This document shows, piece by piece, positions 7,546 to 17,728 of a stretch of 49,154 nt of DNA. The first letter of the stretch is position 1. Every line of letters starts with the position of its first letter. Made by a program: the position numbers and the translations under genes. This DNA comes from Deltaproteobacteria bacterium (GTDB lineage: Bacteria > Desulfobacterota > Desulfobulbia > Desulfobulbales > SURF-16). The notes beneath the pieces are model-generated. The model was not told the origin of the DNA and did not search any database. It saw only the letters and a list, made by a program, of their open reading frames with translations. The stretch covers positions 1 to 49,154 of the forward strand of contig DAOUUW010000003.1 of the NCBI GenBank assembly GCA_030667965.1, given 5' to 3'.

Positions 7546-10500
7546 TTATAACAAAGGCCCCATTGCCTGGATGGCGGGTAATTCCGTTGCCGCCAATTTC
7601 GTCATGATTTTTCTGCTGGTGGGAGGTTTTTTCTGGGGCAAGAACATTAAGCAGGAGGTTTTTCCGGAATTCAGCCTGGATACGGTGGTGATTTCCGTGG
7701 TCTACCCCGGCGCAAGCCCGGAAGAGGTGGAAGAGGGCATCGTTCTACCGGTTGAAGAGGCAATTCAGTCACTTGACGGCATCGAGGAAACAACGTCCAC
7801 GGCTAATGAGGGAATCGGTACGGTCACCGTGGAAGCTGTTGTTGATACGGACCTGCAGCAGCTGGCAACGGACATCAAAAATGAAGTGGACCGTATACTT
7901 GCGTTCCCTGAGGAGGCGGAAGAACCCCTTGTCACCATTCCGTCACGCAAACGGCAGGTTGTGACCCTGGTTGTCTCCGGGGATTATGAACGCAGTGTTC
8001 TGCGGGAAGTGACCGAGATGGTGCGCGACAGGCTGCTGCAGGATGAGGAGATCATCCAGGTGAATCTGCTCGGTGAACGCCCTCTGGAAATGAGCATTGA
8101 AATACCCCAGGATACCCTGCGTTTTTACGGGCTGAAGCTTGCCGATGTGGCGGCAAAAATCAGAAATACATCCATTGATCTGCCCGGCGGCAGCATCAAG
8201 ACAAGGGGCGGGGAAATTCTTGTCCGCATGACGGAAAAACGGGATTATAAGAATGAATTTTCCCTCATCCCCATCGTTGCCTCTGCCGGCGGTTCCGTCG
8301 TCACCCTCGGCGATATCGCCGATATTAAAGACAGCTTTGAGGACACCGACCAGTTTATGGTGTTTAACGGCAAGCCCGCCCTGGGCATCGAGGTCTACAG
8401 GGTGGGCGATCAGACGCCGATTTCCGTTTCCGATGCGGTGATGAAGCATCTGAGCGAACTGCGGCAGACCTTGCCCGATGGTATCTCCGTTGATTATGTC
8501 AACGACCGCTCCGAAATCTTCAAGCAGCGCATGCAGCTCCTGGTAAGAAATGGTTATATCGGTCTTGTGATGGTTTTTGTCCTGCTGGGTCTCTTTCTTG
8601 AGCCCCGGCTTGCCTTCTGGGTCACCATGGGCATTCCCATTTCCTTTCTCGGCTCGTTGCTGCTTATTCCCCAGTTCGGTATCAGCATTAATATTGTTTC
8701 GCTCTTTGCATTTATTATATCCCTCGGTATCGTGGTGGATGATACGATTGTAATCGGCGAAAACGTATATCGGTATAAACAGCTGGGCTACGGCACTTTT
8801 GAGGCGGCGGTGCGGGGTGCACGCGAAATGGCCGTTCCTGTCACTTTCAGCATTCTCACAAATATTGTTACTTTTCTGCCCCTGTATTTTGTCCCCGGGG
8901 TCATGGGGAAAATTTTCAGTAATATTCCCGTTGTTGTCGTCTCTGTTCTTTTTATCTCACTCATTGAAGCGCTTTTTGTCCTGCCTGCCCATCTTGGTCA
9001 TCAGAAAGACAAGACAAACGTCCTCATGGCCTTTCTTATCCGTCAGCAGCAGAAGTTTTCCCGTGGTTTTACCGCATTTGTCAGAAACGTCTACGGCCCC
9101 TCCCTGATGTTTTCCCTGCGCTTCAGGTATATCAGTGTGACCATCGGCGTGGTCATTCTGCTGCTTACCGTCACCTATATTAAGAGTGGCCGCATGGGCA
9201 TCATCATGTTTCCCAAGGTGGAATCGGATTTTTCTTATGTCAAGGTCATCCTGCCGGTGGGCGTGGCGGTGGAAGACACGGCTGAGGTGCATGACCGTAT
9301 CATGGAATCGGCTGTTAAACTTTCCGAAGAAATTGGCCGGGTGGACCAGGTAGAGGGCATTCTGTCCTATATTAACAAAAACACGGCATGGATCCAGGTC
9401 TATATGACCCCGCCTGAAGAACGGCCCGTGCCAACGGCGGAATTTACCGCACGATGGCGGAAGATGACCGGCAATATTGCCGGCATTGAAAATATCAAAT
9501 TTCTCTCCGACTTCGGTGGCCCGGGCTCCGGCGCCGCCTTGACTGTTGAGCTGCAGCACCGGGACACGGAGGTTCTGCGCAAAGCCAGTGCTGAGCTGGC
9601 CGAGGCCTTGAGTTATTTTCCCAATGTTTCCGATATTGACGACGGTTTTACCCCGGGCAAGGACCAGTTTGACTTTACCCTGACAGCCACGGGCTACCAG
9701 CTGGGCCTGAGCCCCATGGAAGTGGCACGCCAGTTACGCAATGCCTATTACGGTTTTGAGGTGGTGCGGCAGCTAAGGGGCCGCAATGAAATGAAGATCA
9801 TGGTTCGGCATCCGGAAGAGGAACGGGAGGCGGAATACTATCTCGATGAGATGCTTGTGACCACCCCCGGCGGAGTCAAGGTGCCGCTGAAGGAAGTGGT
9901 TGAAATTAAAAGAGGAAAAGCCTACACCACCATAGACCGGCGCAACGGCAGGCGCGTTGTTACCCTCAGTGCCGACGTGCTGCCCCAGGATCAGGCGGAT
10001 ATAGTGCTGAATGCCGTTAAAAAAGACACCCTGCCGCAGCTGCGGGAGAAGTATCACGGGCTGAATTTCAGTTTTGAAGGCAAGCAGGCGGACAGGAAGG
10101 AAAGTATGATGGGTCTGGCCAGGGGCATGGTAGTGGCCATGATGATTGTCTATGTGCTGCTGGCAATTCCCTTCAGGAGCTATATTCAGCCCCTGATTAT
10201 CATGGTCAGTATCCCCTTCGGCATTGTCGGCGCCATTGGCGGCCATCTGCTCATGGGTTACAGCCTGAGCATTCTCAGCATGTTCGGCATTGTAGCCCTG
10301 TCCGGCGTGGTGGTCAATGATTCCCTGGTGCTCATTCATGCGGCCAACCGCAGGGTGCGGCAGGGTTCCACCCATTTCGCAGCTGTCAGCAATGCGGCAA
10401 TCCAGCGTTTTCGCCCCATCATTCTGACCACGCTGACAACCTTTTTCGGCCTGACGCCCATGATATTCGAGCAGTCCCGGCAGGCGAAGTTTCTCATTCC

Positions 10501-10630
10501 CATGGCCATATCCCTGGGCTTTGGCATCCTTTTTTCCACCCTGATTATTCTGGTGCTGGTACCTGCTCTCTATATCATCACCGAGGATGCCAAACTGGGA
10601 TTTAAAAAATTACTACAGCTGGACTCTTAG
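7532..10630 (+). CDS. RND efflux permease (AcrB/AcrD/AcrF family)
   Basis: ~1030 aa, YPGASPEEVE, GIVVDDTIVIGEN proton-relay motif, RFRPIILTTLTT; ATG 7532 overlaps the adaptor gene end. Confidence 0.95.
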   Translation: MAENSYNKGPIAWMAGNSVAANFVMIFLLVGGFFWGKNIKQEVFPEFSLDTVVISVVYPGASPEEVEEGIVLPVEEAIQSLDGIEETTSTANEGIGTVTVEAVVDTDLQQLATDIKNEVDRILAFPEEAEEPLVTIPSRKRQVVTLVVSGDYERSVLREVTEMVRDRLLQDEEIIQVNLLGERPLEMSIEIPQDTLRFYGLKLADVAAKIRNTSIDLPGGSIKTRGGEILVRMTEKRDYKNEFSLIPIVASAGGSVVTLGDIADIKDSFEDTDQFMVFNGKPALGIEVYRVGDQTPISVSDAVMKHLSELRQTLPDGISVDYVNDRSEIFKQRMQLLVRNGYIGLVMVFVLLGLFLEPRLAFWVTMGIPISFLGSLLLIPQFGISINIVSLFAFIISLGIVVDDTIVIGENVYRYKQLGYGTFEAAVRGAREMAVPVTFSILTNIVTFLPLYFVPGVMGKIFSNIPVVVVSVLFISLIEALFVLPAHLGHQKDKTNVLMAFLIRQQQKFSRGFTAFVRNVYGPSLMFSLRFRYISVTIGVVILLLTVTYIKSGRMGIIMFPKVESDFSYVKVILPVGVAVEDTAEVHDRIMESAVKLSEEIGRVDQVEGILSYINKNTAWIQVYMTPPEERPVPTAEFTARWRKMTGNIAGIENIKFLSDFGGPGSGAALTVELQHRDTEVLRKASAELAEALSYFPNVSDIDDGFTPGKDQFDFTLTATGYQLGLSPMEVARQLRNAYYGFEVVRQLRGRNEMKIMVRHPEEEREAEYYLDEMLVTTPGGVKVPLKEVVEIKRGKAYTTIDRRNGRRVVTLSADVLPQDQADIVLNAVKKDTLPQLREKYHGLNFSFEGKQADRKESMMGLARGMVVAMMIVYVLLAIPFRSYIQPLIIMVSIPFGIVGAIGGHLLMGYSLSILSMFGIVALSGVVVNDSLVLIHAANRRVRQGSTHFAAVSNAAIQRFRPIILTTLTTFFGLTPMIFEQSRQAKFLIPMAISLGFGILFSTLIILVLVPALYIITEDAKLGFKKLLQLDS

Positions 10631-11344
10631 ACGTTCGGCCCGTTTGCCCGGGGCCGGATGGCTTGACAGGAAGCTGTGATTATTGCCCAGGGTGGCAAGT
10701 TTTTCCAGGGCGGCAACTGCGGATTGGGGATTATGGCTGGTCTGTTGCATATAGAGCAGCCCGTAATCATCCGCCTCTCTTTCCTCCTGTTGGGAAAACC
10801 GGGCATTGAGCAGCCGCTCGACAAAGCCGCCGATCTGGGAGCCTGCAATGAGGCCCACCTCGTTTCTGAGGGAGGCCGCCCCCTTGCGTACGGCCCGGGC
10901 CGCATAGGCAAGCCGCATTTTTTTGCGGATATGATCGTTCACCACATGGCCCATTTCGTGGCCGATGACAAAGAGCAGTTCCCCATCATCCATCATGTCC
11001 ATCAGGCCGCTGTAGATGCGGATGGTGCCGTCCGCCATGGCAAAGGCGTTGACCTCGGGCGCCAGGTAGACTTTGAAATTAAAGCGCATTGCATCCTGCT
11101 GCAGATGGGCGTTGGTCAGCCTTGCCAGGCGTTGGGCATAGGGATTGCTCTGCGGGGCAACACTGTTGCTGCTGTCCGCATGCTGCGATGCCTGGACAGC
11201 CATCTCCTGCACGGCCTCATCGTTCAAGGTGATGGCCTTGACCGCATCAATGCCTGCATCGGCGACAAGCATGATATCGGCGTCTTCACAGCCGGACGAC
11301 AGCAGGCAAAGAATCAGAAAGGGAATGAGAAGAAGGTTTTTCAT
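10613..11344 (-). CDS. M48-family metallopeptidase lipoprotein (LoiP-like)
   Basis: Lipobox LSSGC, VNAFA, HEMGH zinc motif, FSQQEEREAD, SSHP; 3' end overlaps the RND gene by 18 bp. Confidence 0.92.
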   Translation of the reverse strand: MKNLLLIPFLILCLLSSGCEDADIMLVADAGIDAVKAITLNDEAVQEMAVQASQHADSSNSVAPQSNPYAQRLARLTNAHLQQDAMRFNFKVYLAPEVNAFAMADGTIRIYSGLMDMMDDGELLFVIGHEMGHVVNDHIRKKMRLAYAARAVRKGAASLRNEVGLIAGSQIGGFVERLLNARFSQQEEREADDYGLLYMQQTSHNPQSAVAALEKLATLGNNHSFLSSHPAPGKRAERLRVQL

Positions 11345-11392
11345 TGTTCAAATGTAAACCTTCAACCTTTAGCCGTCAACATCTCTCTCATC

Positions 11393-11408
11393 TGGCACCT
11401 ATCTTGCA
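11393..11408 (+). promoter_or_regulatory. Sigma-54 (-24/-12) promoter motif
   Basis: TGGCAC-CTATC-TTGC-A matches the TGGCAC-N5-TTGCW consensus exactly; intergenic and oriented toward the mepK-ldtD-like pair. Confidence 0.7.
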
Positions 11409-11585
11409 AGAACTCCTTGTGTGGAACACAATAAATTGTAATGACTAAGGGAAAAAATCAGTTTTTTCACGCAACGACCTGAAGTTTTTGCAAAAAATAT
11501 CAATTATTAATTGACCGGAAGTGCTTGGACTGATAGTTTCACTTGCATTTGCCATAAAGTTTTTTTCTTTTTTGATGGAGATTTC

Positions 11586-12146
11586 ATGACCTCAAGCTGC
11601 TGCAACCGAAGATTCTTTCTTAAAATGTCACTGTTCACGACTTTTAGCCTAGTGGCCGGTGATACTGCATGGGCACGACATGTGACAGGAGACGAAGAAC
11701 TTCCGGGCAAGCTGCGGTTGCTCAATACACATACCGGGGAACGCCTCAATGTCATGTACAGAAGCAAAGGCGGTTCCTATGATAAGGAGGCGCTCGATTC
11801 CTTGAACTGGCTGCTTCGCTGTCATCACAACAATGAGGTGCATCCCATAGATATCCAGATCATCGAATTTCTTAACAAGATTCATCACAATCTCAATGGT
11901 GAGCACGAAATTCACGTCATTTCCGGTTATCGTTCATCTCAATACAATGACCTTCTTCGCAAAAAGAACGGCGGCGTGGCGAAACGAAGCCTGCATTTAC
12001 AAGGAAGGGCGTTGGATATCCATATTCCCGATGTTCGTCTGTCAACTTTACGCAAAACCGCTCTCAACCTGAAAATGGGTGGAGTCGGTTATTATCCCAA
12101 AAGCAGTTTTATACACATTGATTCAGGGTCTTTTCGTACCTGGTAA
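11586..12146 (+). CDS. mepK: YcbK/MepK-family (DUF882, peptidase M15) peptidoglycan endopeptidase
   Basis: Tat-like signal NRRFFLK, NTHTGE, ISGYRS, SLHLQGRALD, GGVGYYP..FIHIDSG..RTW; SD GGAG before ATG 11586. Confidence 0.9.
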   Translation: MTSSCCNRRFFLKMSLFTTFSLVAGDTAWARHVTGDEELPGKLRLLNTHTGERLNVMYRSKGGSYDKEALDSLNWLLRCHHNNEVHPIDIQIIEFLNKIHHNLNGEHEIHVISGYRSSQYNDLLRKKNGGVAKRSLHLQGRALDIHIPDVRLSTLRKTALNLKMGGVGYYPKSSFIHIDSGSFRTW

Positions 12147-13835
12147 ATGGCCGGCTTTCCAATAATGCGTTCTTTCTGTTTTTTTCTCTTTTCATATTGT
12201 TTTTTTACTTTTATTGCCTTTGCAAATGTCGGCGTGGCAGGATCATCTGACTTTGACGAACAGGTGAAAAAGAGACTCTATCAGCAGCTGGATATGGCTG
12301 GTCTGACAGGTGTTCTTAACATATGCACGGAGTGTGTTTATGATCGTAATGCAGTGAGGGATTTTTATCTTTCCAGGGATTACAATCCTGCTTGGATTGT
12401 TGAAGGACAGCCCGGGCCAGGAGTCCGGGAGTTGATACAAACCATCAGTGAAGCACGAGACCACGGATTGGTTCCTGATCATTACCATCTTAAAAGCATC
12501 CATACCTTTTTAGAGGATTCCGATAGTAAGTTTTCTGTGGAGACTGCGGCTTCTCTTGATCTACTCCTTACCGATTCATTTCTTGTTCTTGGCTCCCATT
12601 TCCTCAGTGGACGTATCAACCCCACCACCATTGATCCTGAATGGCTGGTGCGGTTGCGTAACGGAAATATCATACCCACCCTGAGTAAGGCATTGGCTGA
12701 TGGTAATGTCAGGGGGGAACTTCAGGCATTGCTTCCCAGGCATTCCACCTATACCGGGTTGACAAAGGCGCTGGCCAATTATCGGAAGATTACAGATGAA
12801 GGGGGCTGGCCGATGGTGCCTGATGGTTCCACGCTGCGGATCGGCGACAGAAATCCTCGGGTTGCCTTTCTTAAGCAGCGTCTTGCTGTTGAAAGGGATT
12901 TGTCTCAAGAGGTTGCTGAAGGAGATTTTTTCGACGAACACTTGTCTGCTGCTGTCCGGCGGTTCCAGGTTCGGCACGGGCTTGAAACAGACGCCCTGGT
13001 TGGACGGAATACATTGACAGCACTCAATGTTTCCGCTGCTGAACGATTGCAACAGATCGAACTCAACCTTGAAAGGTGGCGCTGGCTGCCGGAAGACCTT
13101 GGAGAGCGATACATTATTGTCAATATTGCCGCTTTTGAACTTGACCTCATGGAAAACACGGACCCTGTGCTCGCCATGCGCGTTGTGGTCGGTAAGCCGT
13201 TTCGGCGTACCCCTGTCATGAGCGGGACAATAACATATCTTGTTTTGAATCCCGGCTGGGAAGTGCCGACATCCATTGCCTCAAAAGATATCCTTCCAAA
13301 AATCATCAAAGACAGGCAGTTCCTTTCGAAGATGGGATTTCGCCTGTTCAGTGGCTGGAGACCTGAAGACCATGAAGTTGATCCGGAATCAGTGGATTGG
13401 AACTCAATACGGCCGGGAACTTTTCCTTTCCGTCTGATTCAGGAACCTGGTCCGGGAAACGCTTTGGGAAGGATAAAGTTCATGTTCCACAATCCCCATG
13501 ATGTCTATCTGCACGACACCTCATCAAAGGCACTGTTCAGCAAGGAGTTCCGCACCTTCAGCTCAGGCTGTATCAGGCTTGAAAATCCTCTGGAGCTTGC
13601 CGGCCATCTGCTGCGGGGAACTCCCCTTGCCCATAGGGAAGCGTTGGAGATGGAACTTGCAAGCGAGGAGACCAGAACAGTGCGACTGCTTGAGCCTGTT
13701 CCTGTGCATCTTCTCTACTGGACGGCCTGGGCTGACAATGACGGCACCATCCATTTCCGCAATGATGTCTATGGACGCGATCTCATATTGGAAAAAGCCA
13801 TGGAGCAGCCTCCGCCCAGAGCGTTTTACCAATGA
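12147..13835 (+). CDS. ldtD: L,D-transpeptidase, YcbB/LdtD family with peptidoglycan-binding domain
   Basis: AVRRFQ.RHGL PG-binding domain, NLERWRWLP, catalytic VYLHDT...FSSGCIRL, FRNDVYGRD; abuts the mepK stop. Confidence 0.92.
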   Translation: MAGFPIMRSFCFFLFSYCFFTFIAFANVGVAGSSDFDEQVKKRLYQQLDMAGLTGVLNICTECVYDRNAVRDFYLSRDYNPAWIVEGQPGPGVRELIQTISEARDHGLVPDHYHLKSIHTFLEDSDSKFSVETAASLDLLLTDSFLVLGSHFLSGRINPTTIDPEWLVRLRNGNIIPTLSKALADGNVRGELQALLPRHSTYTGLTKALANYRKITDEGGWPMVPDGSTLRIGDRNPRVAFLKQRLAVERDLSQEVAEGDFFDEHLSAAVRRFQVRHGLETDALVGRNTLTALNVSAAERLQQIELNLERWRWLPEDLGERYIIVNIAAFELDLMENTDPVLAMRVVVGKPFRRTPVMSGTITYLVLNPGWEVPTSIASKDILPKIIKDRQFLSKMGFRLFSGWRPEDHEVDPESVDWNSIRPGTFPFRLIQEPGPGNALGRIKFMFHNPHDVYLHDTSSKALFSKEFRTFSSGCIRLENPLELAGHLLRGTPLAHREALEMELASEETRTVRLLEPVPVHLLYWTAWADNDGTIHFRNDVYGRDLILEKAMEQPPPRAFYQ

Positions 13836-13855
13836 CCGCTCCATCGTGTAACAAG

Positions 13856-14194
13856 TCAGGGAACAATGCTTGCTGACGATATTTCTGAATATCCGTCAAC
13901 ATCACACCCGCCGGTTACATACACACGAACATTTTTGCCGTTTGTAACAGCACCTAACAAAGCACGAAACATATGGTCGGCGCCCGTACCTGTATAGTTA
14001 CGGTAAAACCATTGCTTATTCCGGCAACCACTGGGATTGGAAGACGCATCAATTTTCACCAGAAAGCGGCCAAATGTAGTTGGGTTGAGCTCAACGACCC
14101 TTCCATATGAGGTCCAACCGGCAGCCCCCCACGCATTTGTGCCGGTAAGCATGAAGCCTAATGCCACGATCATCATTTTTCGTTTTACAGCCAT
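13856..14194 (-). CDS. Small secreted hypothetical protein with two cysteines
   Basis: Signal peptide ending AWG/A; ~90-aa mature part; ATG 22 bp after the hrpB stop. Confidence 0.75.
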   Translation of the reverse strand: MAVKRKMMIVALGFMLTGTNAWGAAGWTSYGRVVELNPTTFGRFLVKIDASSNPSGCRNKQWFYRNYTGTGADHMFRALLGAVTNGKNVRVYVTGGCDVDGYSEISSASIVP

Positions 14195-14215
14195 TTAGTC
14201 ATCTCTTTTTTTTGT

Positions 14216-16702
14216 TTATTTCTTTGGTCTCACACGGCTGGTTGCTTGTGCCGTCAGCGGATCATCCGGCCAGAAGTGTTTGGGGTAGCGGCCTTTGAGT
14301 TCTTTTTTCACCTCATGATAGGTGTTCTGCCAGAAACCGGCGAGATCCCGGGTAACCTGGATGGCTCTGCCTGCCGGTGACAACAGGTGGATAAGCACCG
14401 GGATCTTTCCGCCAAATACCCTTGGAGTGTCTGTGGCGCCGAACATCTCCTGCAGACGGACGGCAAGAATGGGCGGTTCTCCGGGCTGGTACAAAAGCCT
14501 TATTTTTGATCCGCTTGGGACCTGAAAATGGGTGGGAACCAATCTGTCAAGTTTCTGCTGATCCTGCCAGGAGAGAAGAGAAAGAAGGATTGGATAGAGG
14601 TCAAGCTTTTTAAGCTGTTTTAAAGTGGTTATGGAATCAAGATACGGTTCAAGCCAGGCAAGATTGTTTATTAAATTGTCATGCGATACATCAGGCCATC
14701 TGTCTGGACCCCAGTCATGGGCGCATTGCATTCGGGCCTGGAGTTCCCTGCTTTTTTTCTGCCGGCCCAGACAATCAATTCCTGTCTGTTTTATGCCTGC
14801 AAGAAGACAGTGGCGTATCTGGTGCAGATCAATCGCAGGCAAAGGTTCCCTGGCCAGTTCCAGGCTGCCGAGTAACAGGATGGAGGTAGAATCTACACGG
14901 TTATCTTTCCATTCCACCCTGTCTTGCCTGGTCAATAAGTGACCATGATCCTCGATAATCTCCTGCCGGGACAGGGCAGCCCCCAAAAAAATACGACCCT
15001 GTTTTTTACCCCCATCCACATTGGCCGCCAGCAGAAAATCAGCCTGATGCAGATGATCACCCACAGGGAGGATCACCCCGCGACCCGAGGACAAGAGATG
15101 CTGACTGGAATCCGGTTTCTTCATGGCGATGCGATCAGGGTAAGCAAAAGCAAGTAGGGTACCAGACTCTTGGGGATTTTGTTTCCCTCCATCCACGCCA
15201 AGCAAACGCTGGTATTGGCCGGCTTCCTGGAGAATACGCCGACAGAGAGATGGGTCGGCCCCCCTGGCCCGCACAAGGCTTGGCCCTTTCTGCTCAAACA
15301 GACGCAAAATCTCCAGCCGATCCTCGATATCAACGCTTCGTTCACTATTATTTCCACGAAAGGGATCACGGTTCTGCAGCAGGGCCGCCAGCCGACAGGC
15401 CAGCAGGCCATTTCCCTGTTCACGACCACGCAGCAGCATGAGCGCCAGGCGCGGATGCAGGGGAAGGGAGGCGATTTGTCTGCCAATATCCGTGAGTCCA
15501 CCTTTTTCATCAACAGCTCCCAGCTGGGTAAGAAGCTCACGGGCCTGGTTGACCGGACCTGGACGTGGCGGATCAAGCCAGGTCAGTTCCCCCGGGTCCG
15601 TCAGCCCCCACTGCAGAACCTCCAGAAGCAAAGGGGCGAGATCAGCACCAACTATCTCCGGAGGCAGAAAATCAGCTTTTGAGTGATGTTCACCCATCGT
15701 CCACAACCGGTAACAGACCCCGGGAGCAAGTCGCCCAGCCCGCCCGGCCCGCTGGTCGGCTGAGGCCTTGGAGATGGGAATGGTGTGCAGGGTGGTTAAA
15801 CCGGTTGCCGGAGAAAAACGGGGGACTTTCATGAGCCCGGAATCAACAACAACCGACACACCTTCGATGGTGAGACTGGTCTCGGCAATGGGGGTGGACA
15901 GGATCACTCGCCTCTTATCTGCCCGGGCAAAAATCAGATCCTGCTTCTTCTGGGGCAGGTCACCATAGAGAGGCAAACAAAGGATGTCCCCGTTAATCTG
16001 CTTCTGCACCGCCTTGATTTCACCTGCCCCCGGCAGAAAGACCAGGATATCCCCGTCCTGTTCTGCCATGGCTCGGTTGATGGCTTTGACCGTGCGCTGA
16101 ATAAGAAAATCAGTGGATGGGCGGGGAAAATAGCTGGTTGTCACCGGAAAACAGCGGCCCTTGCCTGAAATCACCGGCGCTCCGCCAAGGAGTCGTGACA
16201 CCCGGGACGTATCCATGGTGGCAGACATGATCATTGTTTTCAGATCATCACGCAGTTCCAGTACATCTAAACAGAGGGCCAGGGCCAGGTCGGATTGCAG
16301 GGAACGTTCATGGAATTCATCAAAAATCACCAGGCCCACGCCGGGAAGTTCCGGGTCGCGCTGGATCATGCGGGTGAGAATGCCTTCGGTAACCACCTCA
16401 ATTCGTGTTCCGGGGCTGATTTTTCTGTCAAAACGAATGCGATAGCCAACAAGCCCGCCAACCGTATCCCCGGCAAGCTCACTCATACGTTTTGCCGCCA
16501 TGCGAGTAGCAAGACGCCTGGGTTCCAGAATGATGATTTTTTTTCCTGCAAGCCATGGTTCATTCACCAGGGCCAGAGGAACAATCGTGGTTTTACCGGA
16601 ACCGGGCTCTGCGGCAAGGATTACGGACCGGTGGTTTGCAAGGCTTTCCTGCAGCTCGGGCAGGACAGCGTGAATGGGCAAGGGAGGCAGGTCAAATTTC
16701 AT
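14216..16702 (-). CDS. hrpB: ATP-dependent RNA helicase HrpB
   Basis: PGSGKTT, EPRRLA, DEFHER, MSAT, QRAGRAGR, C-terminal LAVRLQEMFG...LKGRYPKHFWP. Confidence 0.96.
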   Translation of the reverse strand: MKFDLPPLPIHAVLPELQESLANHRSVILAAEPGSGKTTIVPLALVNEPWLAGKKIIILEPRRLATRMAAKRMSELAGDTVGGLVGYRIRFDRKISPGTRIEVVTEGILTRMIQRDPELPGVGLVIFDEFHERSLQSDLALALCLDVLELRDDLKTMIMSATMDTSRVSRLLGGAPVISGKGRCFPVTTSYFPRPSTDFLIQRTVKAINRAMAEQDGDILVFLPGAGEIKAVQKQINGDILCLPLYGDLPQKKQDLIFARADKRRVILSTPIAETSLTIEGVSVVVDSGLMKVPRFSPATGLTTLHTIPISKASADQRAGRAGRLAPGVCYRLWTMGEHHSKADFLPPEIVGADLAPLLLEVLQWGLTDPGELTWLDPPRPGPVNQARELLTQLGAVDEKGGLTDIGRQIASLPLHPRLALMLLRGREQGNGLLACRLAALLQNRDPFRGNNSERSVDIEDRLEILRLFEQKGPSLVRARGADPSLCRRILQEAGQYQRLLGVDGGKQNPQESGTLLAFAYPDRIAMKKPDSSQHLLSSGRGVILPVGDHLHQADFLLAANVDGGKKQGRIFLGAALSRQEIIEDHGHLLTRQDRVEWKDNRVDSTSILLLGSLELAREPLPAIDLHQIRHCLLAGIKQTGIDCLGRQKKSRELQARMQCAHDWGPDRWPDVSHDNLINNLAWLEPYLDSITTLKQLKKLDLYPILLSLLSWQDQQKLDRLVPTHFQVPSGSKIRLLYQPGEPPILAVRLQEMFGATDTPRVFGGKIPVLIHLLSPAGRAIQVTRDLAGFWQNTYHEVKKELKGRYPKHFWPDDPLTAQATSRVRPKK

Positions 16703-17200
16703 CGTTTACCCATACCACCGCTTACGATTCTCCTCAAGAAGTCCTTCAGTATAATGTAATGGAATCAGGCAGTTTGTAGGCTGTATCTCAATGAGAACCC
16801 ATAAATTGACCACACAACCTGAAGAGCAAGCTCAAGCGGTAAAAAACCGGTCGTTTATTTTACTGCAGTTGCCAGCATATTCTCTGACTTAAAACTGACC
16901 ACTTTTCTGACTGGATCGAAAAAAGGGACAAGTCTTTAGCCGTGCCTTTTTCGAAGAATTGAGCAGTGAAAATCTTAGAAAAAATAATTAAGAGAATGAT
17001 GGTTAGGATTTATACTCACGTGAGTCAAGCAGTTTTGGAATATCTTGACTCTAAGTCCTGTTTGCACCTTGACAGTTTTTGCCACTAACTGCTAATTAAA
17101 GATAGTGGCTGTTTTTTTCCCACGTTCTTTTTCTTCTTTTTTTCCGTATCATTAAGGTACAAACTGCATCAGGCTGGTTATGGGTATTGATACTGTATTA

Positions 17201-17568
17201 GGGGACGTTGTTGTTTAGTATGCAAAAAATATATTGACATATCAATGAGACTCCTGCATACGGGAGGCGGGTGAAAGAGAACTTCGACAATTGAAAATAA
17301 AGAGGGGTGGCAAGGTAATTACTGATCTTATAGAAGAAGAGTGTTCGCAACGGTCAGTAAGTCCACAGGAATTGCAATCCGGCAGTCGGCGCCGTAATGT
17401 GAGTGAAGCTCGAGCTGTAATTGCCTTTCGGAGTATAGAGGAGTTGGGTCTGACAAGTGCTGAAATTGCCGGAACTCTTGGCGTGGCGACTTCCACAATC
17501 AGTCGAGCGATTGCCAGGGGAAAAAAACTAACCATGAGGTGATTTTGCATATTGAACAACAACGTCCC
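17201..17568 (+). mobile_element. Internally deleted element bounded by ~26-bp inverted repeats, carrying a C-terminal HTH fragment
   Basis: Left gggacgttgttgtttagtatgcaaaa vs reverse complement of right end gggacgttgttgttcaatatgcaaaa (2 mismatches); TTGACA at 17234 just inside the left repeat. Confidence 0.75.
17261..17542 (+). pseudogene. C-terminal fragment resembling the DnaA-domain-IV-like HTH tail of REP-associated Y1 (HUH) transposases
   Basis: REAGERELRQLKIKR...ELQSGSRRRNVSEAR...ELGLTSAEIAGTLGVATSTISRAIAR; no catalytic N-terminal domain or convincing start. Confidence 0.6.
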
Positions 17569-17728
17569 TACTCTTTCTACTCTTTGTATTGTAAACAAAG
17601 GTGACAACAGATGATGTCCTGGATGCTGTCAGAGAATCCAGATCAAGAGAATAGATTGAAATCTGATAATAGGGAAAACACTGGTTGCGTTTGCATCAGA
17701 AAGAAATATGATCAAGAGGACTTGAAAA

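Noticed and set aside
16760-17200. Long intergenic region with a hairpin at ~16917-16953 and short ORFs
   Set aside because: No recognisable RNA family, IS end or coding signal
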